Origin: Rubrivivax sp.
GTDB taxonomy: Bacteria; Pseudomonadota; Gammaproteobacteria; Burkholderiales; Burkholderiaceae_C
Direction of reading: 5' to 3'
Length of the DNA: 64,000 bases
Assembly (NCBI GenBank): GCA_044375195.1
Contig: JBILNB010000015.1
Coordinates: 7,619 to 71,618 of the forward strand
In this document: one piece after another, positions 39,520 through 46,115 of the stretch
How positions within the stretch are numbered: the stretch's first letter is position 1
Layout: every line of letters starts with the position of its first letter
Program-made: the position numbers and the translations under genes
Notes under the pieces: generated by a model
Told to the model about the DNA's origin: nothing
Database searches by the model: none
What the model saw: only the letters and a program-made list of their open reading frames with translations

Positions 39520-40728
39520 GTGAGCCTGCCCCTGCCCGGGTCCGAGACCGTCTCGCTCGCGGCGCGGCCTTCAGCCATCTTCCCGGCGGGGCCCTACCCG
39601 GTGCTCGGCGTGGCGGAGGTGCGCCAGCTCGGGCTGAGCGACTGCCAGATCGTGCGTCCCACGGTCGAGGTCCGCAACGAGCGCCTCACGCTGTTGCTCG
39701 ACGGCAGGGTGATCGAGTGGCCGGGCGGCGCGCCGCCGCGCGTTGGCGCGGGCTCGCCGCTGGCCATGACGGCCTGGATGGTGCGGCTGCTGGCCAACGG
39801 CTCCGCGCAGCTGCTGCCGGTGCGCGGCCGCGAGGCTGCGCCCGAGCCGCCCGTGCCGGCGGCGGGTCTGCCCCGGTCCGACACGCCGGGCGCTGCGGCG
39901 GCGCCCCCGCCGCAGCCGTCCGGGCCGCCGGGCCTGCCACCGCGCTGGGCCCAGTTGCTCGTGCGCCCCGCGACCCTGGCCGCATGGACCGCCGCCCTGC
40001 GGTCCGTGCCCGTCGGCAGCCCGGCACCCGCCCAGGCACCTGCCCAGGTGTCTGCCGGCACCGCCGCCGCGGCGGCGACCCCCATCCCGCCGCCGCTGAC
40101 GTCGTTGATCAGCATGGGCTTGCTCGACGGGGCTGCCCTGCGCGATGCGGTGCGGCGCAGCGGACTGTTTGCCGAGTCCCGGCTGGCGCGCGGCGAGCGC
40201 GTGGGCCTGTCCGACGTCAAGCTGGCCCTGCTGGCGCGGCTCAACAACGCCGACGCCGACACCGGGCCGGCGTCGGCCGCCCTGGCTTCGGCGCTGGAGG
40301 ATGTCGAGGCGGCGCAGTTGCAGTCCCTGGCGGCCAGCGCCGACGGCGGCGTGGTGCTGCATCTGGCGCTGGGTTTCCGGGATGCGCCGCCGCTGTCCGT
40401 GCGGCTGGTCCGCGACCCACCGCCCGCCGGGGGCGACCCTTCGGGTGGCGGCGCCTGGACGGTGGACATTCACAGCCACGGCGGGGCCTGGGGCCCGCTG
40501 TGGCTGCAGACACGCGTCGAGGCCGACGGTCGCATCGGGCTCGTGATGTGGGCCGAGCGCGAAGCGGTGTGCGACGCCGCGCGCGCCGACGCCCAGCGCC
40601 TGGGCGGCCTGCTGAGCGACGAGGGCCTGCGGCTGGAGCGCTTCCAGGTCATTCACGGCGCGCGGCGCGATCCGGTGCCGTCCCAGGCCACTGCGCGCTC
40701 AGGCGCCGTGCTGGACCTCCGGGCCTGA
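39520..40728 (+). CDS. Second protein with FliK-like C-terminal domain
   Basis: WTVDIH...WGPLWLQTRV...MWAEREA...LGGLLSDEGLRL; paired with a FlhB-C-like gene. Confidence 0.65.
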   Translation: MSLPLPGSETVSLAARPSAIFPAGPYPVLGVAEVRQLGLSDCQIVRPTVEVRNERLTLLLDGRVIEWPGGAPPRVGAGSPLAMTAWMVRLLANGSAQLLPVRGREAAPEPPVPAAGLPRSDTPGAAAAPPPQPSGPPGLPPRWAQLLVRPATLAAWTAALRSVPVGSPAPAQAPAQVSAGTAAAAATPIPPPLTSLISMGLLDGAALRDAVRRSGLFAESRLARGERVGLSDVKLALLARLNNADADTGPASAALASALEDVEAAQLQSLAASADGGVVLHLALGFRDAPPLSVRLVRDPPPAGGDPSGGGAWTVDIHSHGGAWGPLWLQTRVEADGRIGLVMWAEREAVCDAARADAQRLGGLLSDEGLRLERFQVIHGARRDPVPSQATARSGAVLDLRA

Positions 40729-40833
40729 ATGGCCGGGAGTCTGTCGCCCATGTCCGCCTTGCACGCCAAGACAGCGCGTCCCGTCCTTGCAAACCCTTGC
40801 CGGGGCCCGAGCCGTGGCTGCGGTTTGCGCCCG

Positions 40834-40848
40834 CGGCCGCATCGTTGC
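40834..40848 (+). promoter_or_regulatory. Candidate sigma54 promoter of the FlhB-C-like gene
   Basis: CGGCCG-CATCG-TTGC, preceded by the variant palindrome TTGCAA-ACCC-TTGCCG at 40787-40802. Confidence 0.4.
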
Positions 40849-40910
40849 GGCGCGCCGAGCGGGCGCGGCGCAAGCCTTCCCGGCCTGTGACGGCCGCACG
40901 AGTGCGCACC

Positions 40911-41222
40911 ATGCCACGTCCACCGCGAGACGCCTACCCCTTCCAGGCCGTGGCCTTGCGCTATGACGGCCTGCGCGCCCCGGTGGTGAGCGCCAAGGGC
41001 GACGAAGACCTGGCGCGGCGCATCGTCGAGGAGGCCCGGCTGCAGGGCGTGCATGTCACCGAAGACCCGCAGCTGCTCGCGCTGCTGGCGCGTCTGGACC
41101 TGGACCAGGAGATTCCGCCCTCGCTGTACGCGGCCGTGGCCGCCATCCTGTCGTGGGTGTACTGGCTGCAGGGCCTGCGTCCGGAGCAGGCGCGTCAGCA
41201 CGACGCAGCCCGAGGGACGTGA
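40911..41222 (+). CDS. Stand-alone FlhB C-terminal domain protein (FlhX/EscU-like)
   Basis: AVALRYDG..APVVSAKG, EDPQL, EIPPSLYAAVAAILSWVY. Confidence 0.88.
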   Translation: MPRPPRDAYPFQAVALRYDGLRAPVVSAKGDEDLARRIVEEARLQGVHVTEDPQLLALLARLDLDQEIPPSLYAAVAAILSWVYWLQGLRPEQARQHDAARGT

Positions 41223-41240
41223 AGCCCACCTCTCAGGCTC

Positions 41241-41651
41241 TCAGGCCTCGGCGATCCCGCGCCCGGCGCCGCGGCCGCGCATCTGCCCGAGGCGGTCGTA
41301 GATCTCCACGCCTTGGAGCGGTGTGCCGGCGGACAGCGCCTGCAGGGCGCCCCGCACGGCTTCGAGGTGGCGCTGCAGCAGCGTCTCGTTGCGGCGGTGG
41401 GCGTCACGGCAGCGCAGCAGCCAGTCGCGGCACTCGGTGTCCTGAACGAAGGTCGCCGCAGCGCGCTCGGGCTCGGTCTGCCAGGCCGACAACTGGGCCA
41501 GCAGCTGTTCCTTGGTGGGCTGCAGACGCTCGAAGTAGCCCAGATCGCGGCGCTTGAGGGCTTCGAACTCCTGGTCGAGCGATTCGAGGAGTTGTTGCAG
41601 CAGTGCGAGCGCGTGCCCGCGGGCTTCCGGGACGCTCCGGGGCTCAGGCAT
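41241..41651 (-). CDS. flgN: Chaperone FlgN
   Basis: EFEALKRRDL...KEQLL, CRDAHRRNETLL, YDRLG; follows flgM. Confidence 0.8.
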   Translation of the reverse strand: MPEPRSVPEARGHALALLQQLLESLDQEFEALKRRDLGYFERLQPTKEQLLAQLSAWQTEPERAAATFVQDTECRDWLLRCRDAHRRNETLLQRHLEAVRGALQALSAGTPLQGVEIYDRLGQMRGRGAGRGIAEA

Positions 41652-41952
41652 CGATCAGCCGCTCGATGGCGACGAAGCTTTCTGCGATGCGGCGGCTGTC
41701 GAGCGGGTAGTTGCCGTCGCGCAGCGCCAGCTTGATGGCTTCGACCTTGCTGCGGTCGAAGGTGTCGGCCTGCAAGGCGCTGCGTGCGGCCTCGCTGAGC
41801 ACGAATTCGTCGCGAGCCGGCGCGGCGGCGACCAGCGCACCGGTGCCGCTGGGGGGCGCATCCGAGGACTCGCTGGCCCGGTCGCTCTGACCGCTGCGCA
41901 CCCCGGCGTCGAACCGCCCGAGGCGGCCGTACATCGAAATCGGGTCGGTCAT
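41644..41952 (-). CDS. flgM: Anti-sigma28 factor FlgM
   Basis: DEFVLS...FDRSKVEAIKLALRDGNYPLDSRRIAES. Confidence 0.92.
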   Translation of the reverse strand: MTDPISMYGRLGRFDAGVRSGQSDRASESSDAPPSGTGALVAAAPARDEFVLSEAARSALQADTFDRSKVEAIKLALRDGNYPLDSRRIAESFVAIERLIDA

Positions 41953-42016
41953 GGTCAGGCTCCTTGAACAGATCGCAGGCTCGGTCGAATGACTGAAATC
42001 CTACTCCTCATGGAGA

Positions 42017-42043
42017 GGTTCGACGCGAAGAACGAGAACTTTA
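42017..42043 (-). promoter_or_regulatory. Candidate sigma28 promoter of flgM
   Basis: TAAAGTTC-N11-GTCGAACC. Confidence 0.65.
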
Positions 42044-42087
42044 GCGTCGAAGCGGAAGTGTCTGGCATGCGGGGCTCCCGGTGCTGC

Positions 42088-42954
42088 TCAGGGTAGGCGG
42101 GCCGCGTTCGGCCCGACGACCACCGCGCTGACGATGCGGTCCGATTCGCGGTTGCGCAGTCGCACGGTCTCGCCGAAGCGCCCGTCCTGCAGGGCTTCGA
42201 GCCTCGCCGTGATCGTCAGTCCGGGCACGCCCTGCATGGTGACGACGATGAACTGCCCTTTTCGCACCAGCAGGGTGGGCTGGATGTCGTTGGTGTAGAG
42301 CACCTGGCCGGCCTGCTTGTCGCGCACCAGTTCCATGTGCTCGAGCCCTGCCGGGTCTTCGATGGGGTCGCCCAGGCCGCGCTGCAGCGGCACGTCGAGG
42401 GTGGCCGCAGTGACGCTCGCGGCCTCGAGCGGCGCGCCGCGGCGCAGGTCCTGGCGCAGCGTCAGCACCTGACGCGGCCGGCTTTCGGGGGGCCGAGGGG
42501 GCAGGGCGGCCGTGGTCGCGTCGCGGCCTGGAGCCGGCGGCGTTGCCGCGCGGCGTTCGGGTGCCACCGGCGGGCCCGCGCCCGGGTCCGCAGGCGGCCG
42601 CGTCGCGGCCGGGTCCTGCGCGCCCCGCAGCGCGACGGTCGAGCGCAGGAAGACCTGCAGGCGCGGCTGGGCGCAGCGCGCCCGCACCGCCTGCAGGTCG
42701 GAGAAGGGCAGGTCGAAGCGCCAGCCGCTGGGGCAGGGCGTCGCGGCCGTGCGGGCGTCGGGTGGCAGGAACAGCGCCCCCGCGGCCGGTGCCGTCGGGC
42801 GCTGCGTCTGCGCCCAGGCCTGGGCGGCCTCGATCAACGGGCCGTCGGCCTTGGGCGGCAAGTCGTTGCCGGCGGCGCCCGTGACCGCGCCGCACAGCAG
42901 GAGTGCCCACACCCTGACGAGCACGAGGAATCGGAAACGGCACGCAGATTGCAT
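42088..42954 (-). CDS. flgA: P-ring assembly chaperone FlgA
   Basis: Signal peptide, SAF domain, LVRKGQFIVV, ALQDGRFGETVRLRNRESDRIVSAVV; start approximate. Confidence 0.9.
   Translation of the reverse strand: MQSACRFRFLVLVRVWALLLCGAVTGAAGNDLPPKADGPLIEAAQAWAQTQRPTAPAAGALFLPPDARTAATPCPSGWRFDLPFSDLQAVRARCAQPRLQVFLRSTVALRGAQDPAATRPPADPGAGPPVAPERRAATPPAPGRDATTAALPPRPPESRPRQVLTLRQDLRRGAPLEAASVTAATLDVPLQRGLGDPIEDPAGLEHMELVRDKQAGQVLYTNDIQPTLLVRKGQFIVVTMQGVPGLTITARLEALQDGRFGETVRLRNRESDRIVSAVVVGPNAARLP
42856..42871. promoter_or_regulatory. Palindrome CGGCAA-N4-TTGCCG (inside flgA)
   Basis: CGGCAAGTCGTTGCCG, 67 bp upstream of the plus-strand sigma54 site. Confidence 0.6.
42938..42952 (+). promoter_or_regulatory. 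Sigma54 promoter of the LysM-transglycosylase gene
   Basis: CGGCAC-GCAGA-TTGC. Confidence 0.75.
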
Positions 42955-43077
42955 GGGAGTCGCGGGTGGCGCTGACGCGAGTGGCGCGCCACAGCCCCCG
43001 GCCGGCGTGCAAGAACGAGGCCAGGGAATCCCGACAGCGCCGCTGCGCAGACCCCCTTTCCCTGGACGATCGACCTC

Positions 43078-44247
43078 GTGCCTCAGGTTCCAGAACGATC
43101 CCCGCTGACCGCCGCGGCAGGCGCGCCCGCCCCGGCACCGCGCCGCGCGGCCCTGGCCGCCGCGGCGACGGACGCCCAGGGCGGCCCTCGCTGGCGCGTG
43201 GTGTCCGGTGCCGTCCTCGGCGAAGCCGGTGACCGTGTCGTGGTGCGCCAGGGCGACACGCTCTGGAAGCTGGTCTCGCAGCGCCTGCAGGCCCTGGGCC
43301 GCGACGCATCGGTGACCGCGGTGCGCCAAGGTGTCAGGGACGTGGCCGCGCGCAACGGCATCGCCGATCCCGCCCGCATCTTCGTGGCTGATGCGCTGGA
43401 CTTCTCGGTGCTGCGCGGTGCGGCTTCGGCGCCTTCTGCGGCCGCGGCAGCCACGCCTGCCGTGCCGTCTGCGGCGCCCGTGGTGCCGCGGATCGCGCCA
43501 GCTGCGGCCCCTGCTGCCGCTCCTGCCACCTCCGCCACCTCCGCCACCGGTAGCGCCCCTGGCACCGGCACCGGCGCGCTGCTCGAGGCCACGCTGGCCC
43601 GGGCGGTGCGCAAGGGCTACGTCCCGGCGGCCGACGTCGATCGCGTGCGCGAGCGCATCCAAGGCATCGCGGCCGCGCAAGGGTTCTCCGTGGACGACCT
43701 GGCCCAGGTGGCCCTGATGGAAAGCGACGGCTTCAACCCCCGCGCCAGCAACGGGCGCTGCTTCGGCATCCTGCAGTTCTGCGAAGGCGAGGGCCGGGGC
43801 GCAGACAGCGTGGGCATGCGCGGGCGCGCCGCCGAGATCACCTCGCGCAGCGTCTGGGAACAGCTCGGCTTCGTCGAGCGCTACCTCGCCGATGTGGGCG
43901 CCGCGAGCGCGTCGCCCAAGGCGCTGGACGACCTCTACCTTGCCGTGCTGATGCCTGCCGCGCGCGCGCAGACCAGTCCGCAGGCTGCGCTCGAGATCCC
44001 CGGTCGCCAGGCGCGGCTGCTGCATGAAGGGGCCGACCGCGCGCGGCCGATCACGCGCGCCTCCCTCGTTGCCGGCCTGCGCCAGCACGCGCAGCAGGTG
44101 CTCGCGGCGGACCTGCCGTCCCGGCCTGCGGCTGCCGCCGGCGGCAATGCGGCGGCCGTGCAGCGGCAAGGCCTTGCCGCCGTCGCGCTGTACGAAGGTG
44201 TCGTCAGCGCCGGTCTCCTGGCCCTGGCTGGCGAGCGGGCGCGTTGA
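43078..44247 (+). CDS. LysM plus lytic transglycosylase (SLT/lysozyme-like) protein
   Basis: LysM VVRQGDTLWKLV...NGIADPARIFV; catalytic-type LMESDGFNPRA and GILQF; no clear signal peptide. Confidence 0.75.
   Translation: MPQVPERSPLTAAAGAPAPAPRRAALAAAATDAQGGPRWRVVSGAVLGEAGDRVVVRQGDTLWKLVSQRLQALGRDASVTAVRQGVRDVAARNGIADPARIFVADALDFSVLRGAASAPSAAAAATPAVPSAAPVVPRIAPAAAPAAAPATSATSATGSAPGTGTGALLEATLARAVRKGYVPAADVDRVRERIQGIAAAQGFSVDDLAQVALMESDGFNPRASNGRCFGILQFCEGEGRGADSVGMRGRAAEITSRSVWEQLGFVERYLADVGAASASPKALDDLYLAVLMPAARAQTSPQAALEIPGRQARLLHEGADRARPITRASLVAGLRQHAQQVLAADLPSRPAAAAGGNAAAVQRQGLAAVALYEGVVSAGLLALAGERAR
44164..44179. promoter_or_regulatory. Palindrome CGGCAA-N4-TTGCCG upstream of the flgB promoter
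   Basis: CGGCAAGGCCTTGCCG, 156 bp upstream of the -24 element. Confidence 0.6.
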
Positions 44248-44334
44248 AGGTGCCGAGGTTCTCTCGCAGCGGCCTGCGCCGGCCCAGGCCCGCGTCGGCT
44301 GCGCCCGCGAGCTTGCCACCCGTCTGGCCCTGGC

Positions 44335-44349
44335 TGGCACGGGAGTTGC
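44335..44349 (+). promoter_or_regulatory. Sigma54 promoter of the flgB-L operon
   Basis: TGGCAC-GGGAG-TTGC. Confidence 0.88.
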
Positions 44350-44430
44350 GGACGGTGTCTGCGTCCACAGCTTCGGTCTGCGCTTGCCGCAGGCCATGAC
44401 CACCAAGGCAGATCGGGAAGGCACGGGCCG

Positions 44431-44823
44431 ATGATGCGCATCCTCGAAGGCAGTCTGGGCTTGCACGAACAGGTGCTGGGCCTGCGCTCGCGCCGGCTCG
44501 AGGTGCTGGCGCGCAACATCGCCAACGCCGACACGCCGCACTACAAGGCGCAGGACCTGGACTTCAAGGGCGCGCTATCGCGCCTGGACAACGAGCCCTC
44601 AGCGATGAGCGCCACCCACCCGAGCCACTTCCCCGTGGGTGATACGGCCGGCTCCGACGGCCTGCGCTTTCGCATCCCGTTCAACACCTCGATGGACGGC
44701 AACACGGTGGAGCTGAGCGTCGAGCAGGCGCACTACGGCAAGGCGGCGTCCGACTACCAGGCCACGCTGAGCTTCCTCGAGAACCGGGTCTCGGGCATCC
44801 GCAAGGCCCTGCGGGGCGATTGA
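44431..44823 (+). CDS. flgB: Rod protein FlgB
   Basis: LARNIANADTPHYKAQDL, DGNTVEL. Confidence 0.95.
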   Translation: MMRILEGSLGLHEQVLGLRSRRLEVLARNIANADTPHYKAQDLDFKGALSRLDNEPSAMSATHPSHFPVGDTAGSDGLRFRIPFNTSMDGNTVELSVEQAHYGKAASDYQATLSFLENRVSGIRKALRGD

Positions 44824-44836
44824 AGGAACCAGGGCC

Positions 44837-45262
44837 ATGGGCTTCGACAGGATCATCGGCATTGCCGGCACGGCGCTGAACGCGCAGATGACGCGCATGA
44901 ACGCCACCGCCTCCAACCTCGCGAATGCCGGCACGGTGGCCGGCACCGAGGCCGGCGCCTTCCGCGCCAAGCGGCCGGTGTTCAAGGCCCTTCTCGACGA
45001 GGCCATGACGCACGAAGCCGCGCCCTACGTCGGCGGCGTCAAGGTCGACCACATCGTCGACGACCCGACGCCGGTGCGCCGCGTCCACGACCCGGCCAGT
45101 CCCCTGGCCGACCCGCAGGGCTTCGTCTTCCAGTCCAACGTCAGCGAGGTCTCCGAGATGGTGGAGATGATGGCCGCGGCGCGGGCCTACCAGAACAACG
45201 TCGAAGTCATCAACACCGCGCGCCAGTTGATGGCGCGCACGATCGAGATCATCCGCGCCTGA
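44837..45262 (+). CDS. flgC: Rod protein FlgC
   Basis: ASNLANAGT, HDPASPLAD, EMVEMMAAARAYQNN. Confidence 0.95.
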   Translation: MGFDRIIGIAGTALNAQMTRMNATASNLANAGTVAGTEAGAFRAKRPVFKALLDEAMTHEAAPYVGGVKVDHIVDDPTPVRRVHDPASPLADPQGFVFQSNVSEVSEMVEMMAAARAYQNNVEVINTARQLMARTIEIIRA

Positions 45263-45293
45263 GCGCCGGACCCGCCACCTTCCAGGACCGGAC

Positions 45294-45998
45294 ATGGCCA
45301 TCGAGAGCAGCCCCACCTCCTCCACCTTCGCGAACCTGGGTTCGATCGCGCGGAAGTCTTCCAAGACCACTCCCGAAGTGACCACCGCTGCCGACGAGAC
45401 GATGGGCCGCGACGCCTTCCTGACGCTGTTCACCACGCAGCTGAAGAACCAGGACCCGCTCGACCCGGTGAAGAACGAGGCCTTCGTGGCCCAGCTCGCG
45501 CAGTTCTCGCAGCTCGAGACGTCCACGCGCATGGCGGACTCGCTCGATGCGATGACGAGCTCGATGCAGAGCGAGCGGATCCTCTCGGGTGCCGCCCTGA
45601 TCGGGCGCAAGGTGGCGGCGCCCGGCGGCAAGGCGCAACTCGTCGACGGGGCCACGATCAGCGGCGTCATCAGCGTCCCCGAGGGAGCCAGCTCGGTGCG
45701 CCTGAACGTCTACGACGAGCTGGGGCGCAGCGTCTACACCGAGCAGCTCGGCCGCCAGAAGCCCGGTGAGGTCGTCGTGCGCTGGAACGGCAGCGACCAG
45801 ACCGGCCAGCGCATGCCCGCCGGGCGCTACACGGTCAACGCGAGCATCGACACCTTCGGCAAGGTGACCCAGGTGCCGATCACGACGCCCACCACCGTGC
45901 GCAGCGTCACCTACAGCAGCGCGGCCAACGGTCTGGTGCTCGAGCTCGACGACGGCTCGACCGTGCCGCTGTCGCAGGTCAAGCGCGTGGACGGCTGA
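45294..45998 (+). CDS. flgD: Hook cap FlgD
   Basis: AFLTLFTTQLKNQDPLDP, AQLAQFSQLE. Confidence 0.95.
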   Translation: MAIESSPTSSTFANLGSIARKSSKTTPEVTTAADETMGRDAFLTLFTTQLKNQDPLDPVKNEAFVAQLAQFSQLETSTRMADSLDAMTSSMQSERILSGAALIGRKVAAPGGKAQLVDGATISGVISVPEGASSVRLNVYDELGRSVYTEQLGRQKPGEVVVRWNGSDQTGQRMPAGRYTVNASIDTFGKVTQVPITTPTTVRSVTYSSAANGLVLELDDGSTVPLSQVKRVDG

Positions 45999-46115
45999 CA
46001 GGCCGAGAGGCTGAGACGCCGAGACGACGAACACCCCCTGAGCGCCGCGCCACCGAATACGCACGAGCGGCATCCGCCTGAACAGAACAGATCACCGACC
46101 GCAGGAGCACCGACC

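Noticed and set aside
42955-44541. N-terminal ~530 aa of the 817-aa ORF that ends in flgA
   Set aside because: Antisense to the LysM-SLT gene and flgB; FlgA similarity and the signal peptide begin only near 42954.
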